Part shown: piece by piece, positions 11,197 through 22,111 of the stretch
How positions within the stretch are numbered: position 1 is the first letter of the stretch
Layout: each line of letters opens with the position of its first letter
From: Protoeuglena noctilucae
Taxonomy: Eukaryota
Direction: 5' to 3'
Length of the DNA stretch: 64,000 bases
Assembly (NCBI GenBank): GCA_958009085.1
Contig: OY253679.1
Span: 372,001-436,000 of the forward strand
The notes under the pieces: generated by a model
The model's input: the letters and a program-made list of their open reading frames with translations, nothing else
What the model was told of the DNA's origin: nothing
Databases searched by the model: none
Translations under genes and position numbers: made by a program

Positions 11197-12102
11197 CGCT
11201 GCCCCTTCCCTCCCCGCGCGGGGCCTGCGATGCGACCGATGCGATAGGTCACTCGCGCCGGCATCCGCGCCCCCGCATGGGCACGCGACGCGGGTCGAAG
11301 GGGCCCATTGAGTTGCCCGACGAAAACGGATCCCCGGGTCAACGCGCATGGAGTTTCGGGACGTGGCTGACTGCAGAAGCATGACCAAAAAGCCGCGAAG
11401 GCAGCGCGCGGGCGGGCAAGCGCCTGTCGCGGGACCTAGCGCGGCTGGCATGGCGTCGGCAGAGCAGGGTGGCGCCGGGCCCGCGAGCCGGGCAAAAGGG
11501 GGCCAGAAAGGCGCAGAAGAGACATCCATCGCAGAGTAAGCCTACCTGGTCCCGAGGGCGCGCCAGAGCCTCCGCCCCGCGTCGGCGTCCCCTGCGGAGC
11601 GTAATCAGCGTCAAGACGAGCCCTCCCTTGCCTCGCGGAGTATCGCTGGACCTGCGCGTGCGACGCTCGAGGCGATCTATGTTGCAGGATCCACAGACCG
11701 CGGCACAGCATATTGCTAGTGCGCTGCTCCAGTGCCACCATCTGGTGGAGGCTCAAGCGGCTAAGATACGAGGCCGCAGGGCAGCGCCGGCTCAGCGACG
11801 CCGCCAGTAGCGCAGATACGACGGCAGGACCCGCCGATACGCCAGGGCGGGTCCGGGGCGTGCGATGGCCCTCCAAGCAACTCGTGTGCTGAGCGGCCCC
11901 CACCTGCGAGCCCCCAGTGCCGATTGCGTGAATGTCCGGAGTGTCGCGGTCGCGGCGGCGCCTTGACCGCCCCGCTGGTGACACAGCCAGTTCCGTGCTG
12001 GACCGGGCTGTCGAGGGCGGAGCCGGATGCCGACACCAACGCGTCGCCTGGGCACATTGCGACGACAACGTCGCCTGCGTCACCCGTGTGACCCAATCGT
12101 AC

Positions 12103-15100
12103 ATGCGCCTGAGCGGGTGGGCCGCATACCTAGCTTCGCTCCACCACGCCCTCTCCCGTGACGCCGCGAGGAGTTTTGGGCTGTGCCGCTGTTGTTCCTG
12201 GAATCTTTTCGTCGCACCATCCGCAACTCGCGCACTCGCGAGCATGGCCGGCAATGGCGCGGTGCAAGGTGCCCGCCGCGTCCCGAGCCGCCGAGCCGGG
12301 GGCCCTGTCGCGATGCCGTCCCGCGCTTTCGCAGTGAGACAGGGTCGCTCACGATGCGCGTTCTTATCTGCCCCCAGGGGACGCGGCGCAGTTCACGGAG
12401 CTGCGGGAGGGGCAGGCGCGCATCCTGCTGCAGGGAAACGAGGCCTTTTACAACAAGGCCCAGGTCCAGAACCGCGACCTTTCCATCGCCGTCATCCGCC
12501 AATTCGCCGAGCTCAGGTGCTCCCGCGCGGCTGTCCCCGCGCGGCGCGCGCAGGGCGCCGCTGCGGGCGGGCAGGCCGCACGCTTCAGCGCCGTGCCACT
12601 TGCCGCGTCTCGCGCCCGCAGGGCCGCGGAGCTCGACGCGGGGCGCGGTCCGCGACACCTCGTCTCCCGCCGGCAGCGCGCGCGTGCGGCGCAGGGTGCC
12701 TCGGACGACGGAGCGACAGCGGAGGGTCAGCCTGCGCTTGCCGATGCACCTGGCCCTTCCGGGCAGGCGGAGGGCTGCGGCGGGGATGGCGCCGAGGACG
12801 CCGGCGCTGCCCCGGATCGCCGGCTGCGGGTGCTGGAGGCCCTGGGCGCCACGGGGCTAAGGTCGATACGCTATGCGCTGGAGTTGGGCGACACGGTGGT
12901 GCGCGAGGTGGTGTGCAACGACATGTCCCATGAGGCGAGGACGAGGGGTGCGTGGTGGCGGGGGTTTTGAGTGCAATTGCCGTACCACGTTGCGGTGGCT
13001 AAGAGATGGTCTTGCTTAGACTAACGAGGGCCACGCCACCAGCTGCCACCTCTGCCCCATTCACGCCTTTCCCTCCCCGCCCTCTCTCTCCCCACCTCTG
13101 CCCCACTCACTCTCCTCCCTACCCCGCCCTCTCTGTCCCCACCTTTGCCCCACTCACTCGTTCCCTTCCCGCCCTCTTACCCCCCAGGCCGTGGCCAGCA
13201 TGCGCCGCAACATCGCCCACAACGGCCCCGCCGCCGAGCGCATCGTCACTCCCTCCCAGAGCGACGCCCGCGTCCTCATGCTGCAAGCTGCCAGCGAGGC
13301 GGGGAGGACCGCGACGCAAGAGGGACTGTTTGATGTCATTGACATTGACCCATACGGTGCCCCAGTGCAGTTCCTCGACGCAGCCGTCCAGGCAAGTTGG
13401 CGATAATGGCGGCGGCGGTGGTTACTGTGTTCGGCGGTGGTTCTGTTTTGTACAGAAAGGGACCTCGTGTCAGTGCAGTGCTGCTTGCCCCGTCACCCTT
13501 CCTCTTTTGTACCGAGCATCAACCATCTCTGTCCCATCATCGTCTCCCTGCCCACCTCCATGTCCCAATCGCCGTCTCCCTGTTCCCATTATCATTCCCC
13601 ACTCCCAAACCCCAGGCCGTGTCAGACGGGGGCCTCCTCTGCGTGACGGCGACCGACATGGCTGTGCTGTGCGGCAACACGGGCGAGGCGTGCTATGCCA
13701 AGTACGGGTCGTACCCCCTGCACCGGGCGTACGGCCACGAGCAGGGCATCCGAATCCTGCTTGCGTGCCTCGAGAGCAACGCCGCGAGGCACAAGAGATA
13801 CATCGTGCCGCTGCTCAGGTGAGACGTGAGCTTGTGAGGGTGCTTTGTGGAAGACATCGTGCCCGTGCTCAGGTGAGTTGCATGGCAGGGTGCGTGGTGG
13901 GTTGAGGAGTGCACCGTGCCGCTGCTCAGGTGAGCTGCGGAGGGTGCACAGTGCACCCGCCGTCTATGCCCATCAGGTGCTTAGCAAGCACTGCGAACAA
14001 ACACCATTGTCACTGCCTCAACCCACTCCATTCCTACCCCCCCCTCAGCCTCCACATGGACTTCTACGTCCGCGTCTTCGTTCGCATCTTCACCTCCCCC
14101 CGAGAGTCCAAGAACGCGGCGTGCAAGCTGGCGTACGTCTACCAGTCGCAGGGGTGCAGCTCCTTCTTCCTTCAGCGCGTGGGGGAGAGGCAGGGGAGGG
14201 GGCAGGGGACCAAGTACACGCCGGGGCACGGGTGAGGGGTGGGGCATGTGGGTAGAGTGGTGTGCAGGGATGCGTGGGGTGGGAGGGATGCTGTGGGTGG
14301 TTGTCAAGCCCACTATGCGCTCTGACACCCCCTCTTCCACACCCGTTCTCTCCATACCCCCCACCCCTCACGCCTCTCATACCTCTCACCAACACCCCCC
14401 ACCCACCCCCCTCCTCTCCCCAGCCCCGTGGTCCCCGAGCGTTGCCCCGAGACCGACGCCCCCTTCCTCATGGGAGGGCCCCTGTGGGCCGACCCCATCC
14501 ACGACATGGCCGTCGCCAGAAACGTGCTCTCTGACGTCGAGGCGCGCGGGGAGGGGCAATACCCGGCCGCCAGTCGGGTGGCGGCGGTGCTGACGAACGT
14601 GCTGGAGGAGCTGCCAGACACGCCCCTGTACCTAGACATGCACGAGCTCTGCCGGGCGCTGCGGGCGACGGCGCCGAAGGCGGACGTGCTGAGGAGCGCC
14701 ATTGTTAATGCGGGGTACCGGTGAGGGTGGAGGGATGCACAGGGGTGGGGCGTGGGGGAGCGGTGGGGGTGGGGGACTGGTGAGGGTGTGGAGTGGCACG
14801 GGGATGGGGTGGGGGTTACAGCTGCCATCACCAACCCATCCTTCGCTCTCTCTTTTGCGACATGTACCGCTTCAACCCATCCCTCTCTCCCTCTTTCTCC
14901 CCCCCCAGCGTCTCCTCCTGCCACGCGAGCCCCCTGGGCCTCAAGACCGACGCCCCCTGGCACGTCATTTGGGACATCATGCGCTGCTGGGTGCGGCAGA
15001 CGAGCGCGGCGGCCGGGTCGCGCCCCCCCGACCCGGGATCGTACATGGCGAAGCTGCTGTCCAAGCCACCCAAGGTGGAGGCTTCCTTCGCCAGAAACGC

Positions 15101-15702
15101 CGCGGCGCTGTCGGCCGCCAAGGCCGCCAGGAAGAACCGGTTCCCGCCCAACCCGGAGGAGCACTGGGGGCCGCAGGTGGGGGATAGTGTGGTGTGATGG
15201 GGAGTTGATCGGGGGAGCTGCAGGTGGGGGGTTGGGGAGAGTGAGGGTGCTTGTGATATGGGAGTTGATGAGGGGGTCGCGGGTGGTGGGAATTGATAAG
15301 GGGGGCCGCAGGTGGGGGGTTGAGGGAGTTGTGAGGGTGCGGGGGTGGGGCTGTATGAGCGATGGGCGGCAACGCTGTGGGCAGTCGCGCCAGTCCCTAG
15401 CAGGTAGCTGGGCCCATGCATTCTTTGTTTCTGAACCCTTACCGTCACCCTTTCTTATCTCCTCGTGTCCCTCTCAGCGTCGCCACGGCAGGCCCGCACT
15501 GAAGGGTCACGCTGTGGAGAAGGCGAGGAGCAAGGGGGAGGAGGGCAACGGGGTGACGGCAGATGGGGAAGCGACAGATGGTCAGGGCGAGGGGGCTGGG
15601 GCAGGCGCAGGGCCGGGGGTTGGGGCGGACGCGGGGGCGGGTGCAGGGACGGGGGATGGCGACGGGGAGCGAGGGGCCAAGCGGGCTCGGACGAAGGGGT
15701 AG
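12103..15702 (+). CDS. TRM1: tRNA (guanine26-N2)-dimethyltransferase, multi-exon
   Basis: Motifs FYNKAQVQNRDLSI, LEALGATGLRSIRYALE, FDVIDIDPYG, GGLLCVTATDMAVLCG, MDFYVRVFVR, GGPLWADPIHD, SCHASPLGLKTDAP, RFPPNPEEHWGP; ATGs at 12103 and 12244; stop TAG 15700-15702. Confidence 0.95.
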
Positions 15703-16072
15703 CGGGCACGGTGCTGTGGCTGAATGCGGTGCAGGTGCACAGGTTGAAAAGCATCCTCCTTTGGTGGGCTCCGCTGGTGCTGGTGCTGTTTCGGTGCCAG
15801 TGGAGCGGAAAGCCAGCAAGTGAGGCTGCCAGCGGCAGAAACTGGTCCACAGATGTGTTGTTGGCAAGCCGACCCACCAGCTCGGTTCAAGTCGAGGCCG
15901 GCTGCGCCATCACGCTTGTCTTCTCACCTGGTCCTGCCCCGTTCTCTCTCACCGCATTCGTTGGTGGTGACGCCGCCCGCTCGCCATCCTTTATTGATAT
16001 ACTCGCAAGCAGTGCGCCACAGAGGGCTCCAAGAGAAGGCGCCCGCGCTCGCGGAGGGTCGCGTGTCGAGCG

Positions 16073-16638
16073 ATGGTCATGAAGGGGATCATGGTGCTGG
16101 GCGGTGAGTGCCGCGGCATCACTCATTGGTTGTCAGATCACACGCTTTGCACGTCGCCTGCGCGCCGGCGCCTTTCGTATCCCGGCCGGGGAGCGGCCGG
16201 CGCGGACGAGGCGGGACTGCAACCGTGTTTTCCCCAGCGAGTGGCCCGCGAATGAGCGAGTTTCCCACCGCACCATCAATACTAGTATATTCTGCATGAC
16301 TCGGGATGGCAGGCGGGCCCTCATTCTCCTAACCTGCGCCAGAGCCGCCCCGTCCGCAGCGCTCGGCGCGGGGCTGTACTTCCTCGCGAGGTACGACATC
16401 CGAAGGAGCGGGCATATGTTTCGACAGAACGTAGGCGTCATAAAGAACTGGCTGGAGGAGGCGGGGAAGGCTGCGGAGAGGTGCGCGGCGCGCGGGCGGG
16501 TTTCGCTTCGCAGCACGGATTGCAAGCCGTGCGGGGGACTCATCCCGCCCCCTTGGCCGCCGCCGCAGCGCATCGAAGGACGTTAAGAAGCTGCCCAAGG
16601 ATGGGAAGGGAGATGGGGGCGGGCCAGGCTCCGGATGA
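16073..16638 (+). CDS. Small conserved single-pass membrane protein (3 exons)
   Basis: Spliced product MVMKGIMVLGALGAGLYFLARYDIRRSGHMFRQNVGVIKNWLEEAGKAAESASKDVKKLPKDGKG...; resembles an uncharacterised small green-lineage family (D.r.S...FrrNv..IrnWLEE). Confidence 0.7.
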
Positions 16639-16850
16639 CGTGCTTTTGGCAAAGGCTCTCGTTGCAGCTGATGCCAAAGTTTTGCTTATTACCTCGCGCT
16701 TTCTTCACTGGCCCTACCTCGTCCCTCGCCGCGTCGTTCAATCGGTCGTACGACTCGCCGCGAACGGCCTACCTCAGCGTGGGCCCTGGCAGCAGCGCTC
16801 CGGCACAGCCCCACGCGAGATGAAAGCACGCGCCCCTCACTTCCACACAA

Positions 16851-19138
16851 TCACACGGTGTCCGACAGCCCCTCAGCGAGTCCCTCGGCGTCAGTCATGA
16901 ACTGGAGTATCGAGCGGCCCAGCGTGGAGTCGACCGAAGCGTCCACCGCACCGCCCCTGGCAAGCGACCCTGGGTGTGCAAGGGCGAGACCGGTTGCCAT
17001 CACATCGTGACCCACCACCACCCCAAACATCCCATACATGCACCAATATCGCATCTGCGCCCAAGCCACAGCGGATCGCATCCCACGCCCCACGCCACCG
17101 CATGCCAATCCGCATCGCCCATACAGTCCCAACCCAACCGCCTCTAATGGCACGCGACATGAGAGGTGCCTCCAGTCGTGCGGCTCTACATCTGCCGCGA
17201 CTCACCGGGCAGCCCCAGCGTACCCCCCTCGCCGCCCTCCCCGGACCCCTGCTCCCCTTGCATGCGGTCCAGCACCTTCCCTACGATCTGCACGGCCCTG
17301 ACGCAGGCGTTACTCGCGGACTGGTCCGAGTAGGTGACCAGGCGGTGCGGCAGGATCTGCACGTTGGGCTGGTACCGCACCCACGCCTCGTCCCACACGC
17401 CCGAATTGGAGTCGAGGGTGGCGAGGTATGCCAGCTGCCCCGACAAGAGGGCGTGCTTCACGTCCACGTCATCCACCGCCACCTCGCAGGCCAAGAGGAT
17501 CTGGGAGACGAGGGTCGAGGCAATGATCGACGTGATGAGTGCATAATTACGACGGTCAAACTCATGTAGAGATTATACAGTGCACAGCACACGAGACAAG
17601 ACGGGGACGGCACGGTGTGAGGGAGCAGCTGCGAGCGTTACACAGTCCCCAATGGTCCCACTCCCCTCACCAGGATGGCACCCGCAGGCATCAGCCCCAG
17701 CGTCTCTGCCGTGATGAGCGGCGAGCCTGCCTCTGACCCCGGTCCCCCGGCTGCTGGGGCGTGTACCGACACCGCTGTGGCGCAGCTGAGGAACTCTTCC
17801 AGGCTGGATATGCACTCGACGAAGCCTGGGACCTCCTCTGCGGATAGAAAGGCGGGATAAAACGATGAGAATAGTGGCTATGCTGGTGCGCATTGTCAGG
17901 GACCTTGTTTGCATGGCCAGGGGCATTCGAAAGTAAGAACGACTAGAGACCCAAAAGCTGTGAGGTGGCACGTAGATGGTGGCATAGCGATGGTGGTAGA
18001 GTCGCAGCAGTGACCTGACCCATCGCACATCGCCCCGCTCACCGGGCGTGTCGGACAGGATAGCGGGAGGCAAAGAATCCGACCCTTCCCACGTGGGGTC
18101 ATATGCGACCACACGCATGTTGAACCCCTGAGCGCGGAGGGCCACACCCCTCGCAGACCGGTCCCAGCCCCAAATGCCCAGCGTCTGGCCCATGCACCGC
18201 CGCAGTCCCGACAGGCACCGGGCGCTGGGCATCACGGGGCAGGACGTGGCGCCGCCCGCCACGCTCTGAGACGGGATGCGCCTGCGGGGGTGGGGGTGGG
18301 GGTTGATCGTCATGCGCGGCCGTGGGCAGTGGGTGGCAGCGTTGGGCATACCAGACAGGTAACATCAAGCACATGCACGAGCCCTGAGCAGGAGCCTGGG
18401 CCTGACATGGCGTGAGTCCTCCAACAATAGCACCGCTCGCCTCATGAAGTTGAGCAGTACGGACATGATGGTGTCAGCGACCTCGTTGTGCGTGGACCTC
18501 TGCACCTGCAAGATGTCCCCGATGCCCACTTGCGATGCCACCTCGGCGTCCAGGTTTGGGTGCTGAGACTGCAGGGCGCGGGCGACTGGACTCGATGAAA
18601 GTGATACGGAACTCGCATCAGCGACGTTGCGAGAGTGTCGCCAGCCGTGCAGCGCACGCTGCGGCAGCCAGCCGTCGCGCGCTAGGAGAGGCATGCGAAC
18701 GCACCAGAGTGCACACGACGAGCTTGTCCGTTAGTCGCTTCTGGATGGATGGGTGCAGCTCGTAGACGCTGGGGACGATGACCGCGAACGACGCCTCCAG
18801 GAGCTCCTGGTCGACCTGCGCGGGATCGGGCCGGCGAGACAACTAGCACAGCTGCAAATCGCAGATGACGTCGGGGCGCACAAGCTCCAGCTGCGCTGGC
18901 ACGCCGGGGTCAGGACTGCGCGTAAACAGTTCAGGACGCCGCGCGAGATCCGGCGTTCCGCGCAACGGCGCTGGCAAGCCATGAGATGGATACGAACGAG
19001 ACGCACCTCCTCGGGGCACATGACGGTGCGCACGCCCTTGCGCTCGAGCAGCTGGAGCTCCACTTGAAGCCCCGGCGCCTCCAGACCGAGCACCATGACC
19101 GTCGGGCGGTCGGAGATCTGATCTAGAAGCGCATCCAT
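16851..19138 (-). CDS. AN: ANGUSTIFOLIA/CtBP-like D-2-hydroxyacid dehydrogenase-fold protein, multi-exon
   Basis: NEVADTIMSVLLNFMRRAVLL, GLRRCMGQTLGIWGWDRSARGVALRAQGFNMRVVAYDP, VDDVDVKHALLSG, WDEAWVRYQPNVQILP parallel plant AN motifs as I recall them (EEIADTVMALILGLLRR, GMRRCRGMVLGIVG, WMEAWVKEMPNVLILP). 3' end approximate. Confidence 0.8.
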
Positions 19139-19584
19139 GATCCCTCTATCGCGCACAAAGCATCACAGCGCGGCCGGCCCCGCGGCCAGAGAGTTCGTGG
19201 CCTCTACGCGCAGTGAGGGAGCAAAACTGCCTCGCGAGCCAATCAACAGCCACCCTCCGATCACGGCGAATGCCACACGTCAACACTGAACGCGTCGTGC
19301 GCGTTGCCGGGGTCAAGGCGATCGAGGCGCGACGGCGGGGCGACCTCGCTGCAAACGAGGGGATTCAAGCGCCTAGACGTGCAGACAGGCGGGGGGACGG
19401 CACGGCCTCTACCAGCCACTTACTCTCGGCATCACCTGCGCGTGAGACCCAACGGGGAAGGAAATCCGCGACAATCACCGACGCTGGCAAAGTGTAAGAA
19501 AATGCTCGTCGACGCTGAAGCGCCCGGGCCTGCGCGCCTCCCAGCCATTCACCAAGCGCTCTGCGGTGTGGGGTTGGACGCGAA

Positions 19585-20091
19585 ATGCTGACCCTCACCG
19601 CCACGAAGCTCACCCCCGCGAGGGCGGGCCGCCAGGGCCCCGTCGCGGTAACCTGCCGCGTGCAGGAGAAGGGGGCCAAGCACTTGGAGAAGAGCCGGCC
19701 GAAGAAGGTGGGGCGCGCGGCTGGGGACGCGCGGTCCCAGCACTGCGGAGGCTGGAGCCACGTGCGGCTTTATCCGCGGCCGCGGCGCGCTCCCCGGCCC
19801 AGGCGTCCAGCCGAGCGCCCCCACGTATGTGTTCGATCGCTGTCCTCACACAACTGCGTCGGGACAGCTCTGATGGGGGCGCCGGGACACGAGAGGGTCC
19901 CGACCAGCAGCAGCGGACGCCTGGCCTGAGAAACGGGCTCGCATCGTGCCTGGCCACGTGGCCCCCATCTCACGCTGCCCGTCCGTCTCCATCCGCAGAC
20001 GACGCCGGCCGACCGGAACCGGAAGCCCGCGCAGTACGCGCCGCTGCCGCCCGCCCCGCCGCAGTTCACTGTCAAGAGCTCGAGCAAGTGA
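19585..20091 (+). CDS. PSRP6: Plastid-specific 50S ribosomal protein cL38 (exons 19585-19707, 19999-20091)
   Basis: Transit peptide followed by KHLEKSRPKK|TTPADRNRKPAQYAPLPPAPPQFTV, the PSRP6 signature. Confidence 0.88.
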
Positions 20092-20829
20092 AGCCTCGTG
20101 TCCAGCTTTAGCCGGTGAGAGTGTGTCTGAACGCTGCTATGGTCCGGGGCTTTCAGAAGGCGTCGTGAACCAACGCTGCATACGATGAGCACCCTCCACT
20201 CGACCCCCGCAGGAGTCCGGGTGCGATGGAACGGGCCTGCCGTGACATGACCGTGCCTGGCTGTCCAAGATGACCTCCCGACTTCGACCTGACCCCAAAC
20301 CCCCTTCTTTCCCTGAGTAACCCTTGCACAGTGTTCGCCAGCTGCTAGCTGCCACCGCTGCGCCTGCCTGTTGTGCATACTGCACAGGCGCTAAGCTGGT
20401 TTGCTTTGGACCCCGTGAATACGTCCTACGGTATCCTCTGCGCTTTGCGTCGTCTCACGTGCCTTTCGGCATATGACACTAAGCCATAGCTGGGTGCGAG
20501 TCTGGCCTCAGAGACTCTAGTCCGAAACAGCGATGGTTATCGTCAGAGCCAAGGCTCGGGAAACACATCGCGTTCTCATCACCGGCCAGCTCCCGACACC
20601 ACAGCAAGTCGGCCACGCATCGGCCTCAGCCACCGACAGCCGTCGACATGGGCTGTGCCTACCCGCCCCCAGGGGCAGCTCCACGTCCCCATTCAAGGAG
20701 AGAGCCAGCAGGAGCTCCACACGCGCCCGTGACGGCGCCGGGACCCGCCAAGGCGATGCCCCCATACGAGCAAAGACGCAGAACCAAACACCCACAGCAA
20801 CTGTCGACAGAGATTGGGGCTCCGCCCGT

Positions 20830-21770
20830 TTACCCGCCCTTGGCCTTCTTCGTCTGCCCACCGATCTCGAAATGCTTGCACCGCTGCGGGACAAGAGCAC
20901 GATGGCCACGTAAGCGGCCCTGGCGTGGACGCGCTAGCTCCCACAATGCTCCCGCTGGCAACGTCCGCCGCCCCCACCTTGATAGGCTTGAGCGCCTGGA
21001 ACTTGCACACCGAGCACGTCAGACGGAGCACGATCTTCTTGGTCGTCTTCGCCTTCTTGTGGAACACGGGCTTGGTCTGCAGGCACGTGCAGGGCCACAG
21101 CGCGTCAGCGAGGCGGCGCGGACCGGCCCGGCGCAGCGAGGGAGCGTATGCACGCCTGGTCTGGCGCGTGGGCTCGCGGGCGGCGCGCGCACCTGGCCCC
21201 CATACCCCGACTGCTTGCGGTCGTACCGACGCTTCCCCTGGGCGTACAGAGAGTCCTTGCCCTTCTTGTACTGCGTGACCTTGTGCATGGTGTGCTTCTT
21301 GCACTCCTTCCCCTTGCAGAAGAACTTCTTGACCTTCGGGATGTTCACCTGCGGGGGCGGCCCGGGCGCACGGCTCATGCCCGCCCGTCCGGCACTCTCC
21401 CGTGCGCGGCGCCATGCCCGCAGCGCGTGACTTGGACACGACAAGCAAGACGGAGCCCCGCGGTCGCGCGAAGAAATCCACGGGCTCCGCAGGAGGAATG
21501 CAAGGGCCCAGCAGAGCAGGCGGCGCGCCATCGACCGCGAGATGCGCATTCTCGAAGTCATGGATTGCGCGCCGCGCCCGCACGGCCTCCCGCGATGCGC
21601 AGGGGCCCCGAACCCCGCCCCGCACTTCCGTGCCCTCGCGGGGGTCGGGGCGCGATCCCCGGGGCGGTCGCGGGGGCGAAATCATCCAACGGAGCATTCC
21701 GGCGGGCGCGGTGCCGCGGCCCGACCCCGCCCGCGACACCCGAGCCCCCCGAGCCCCCGTCCCTCACCAT
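20830..21770 (-). CDS. RPL36A: 60S ribosomal protein eL42 (L36a/L44); ATG-only first coding exon
   Basis: [71 protein letters not shown]...|[17 protein letters not shown] at 21770-21763. Confidence 0.97.
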
Positions 21771-22111
21771 CTCGGCCCCCCTTCCCCAGCGACTTCACCG
21801 ACAGGTGCTTGGGAAAAGGGCGCGTGAGTCGCGCGCCGAGGGACCTCGACGGCAGGCCTGCCCGACCCCTGAAACGCCAGTTGCAGCGCAGCACCGGGAG
21901 ACCGTCCCCGGCGGTTGCCCGATGCGGATTTCTGGCGCACTTGCCGTCGGTTTGTCTTCAATGCGCGCGGTCGCGGCGACTATAAGCTGGAATAAGCCTT
22001 TGTTCGCGCCACTGGCAGACCGCGAAAAGGTGTCAGTGAAACAAGCGCTTTTGCGCCTCGCCACGCGCTCCGGCCGTCCCCCCTGCCAGTTCCCCGGGTA
22101 TCGGCGAGAAG

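Noticed and set aside
9012..11384. 790-aa plus-strand ORF and the many other long overlapping ORFs
   Set aside because: Antisense shadows of GC3-rich genes; stop codons are rare at this GC content.
11381..11892. Small two-exon plus-strand gene (MTKKPRRQR...SIAE|GTAAGC)
   Set aside because: Good donor site but no recognisable product or host-like codon bias; cannot be supported without RNA data.
13800..13935. Junction repeats interpreted as a CRISPR-like repeat-spacer array
   Set aside because: Repeats are copies of the local exon end, degenerate and different at every locus; eukaryotic context, no cas genes.
8969..15702. Functional clustering of a tRNA gene with the tRNA methyltransferase TRM1
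   Set aside because: Separated by an unrelated gene; adjacency is plausibly chance.
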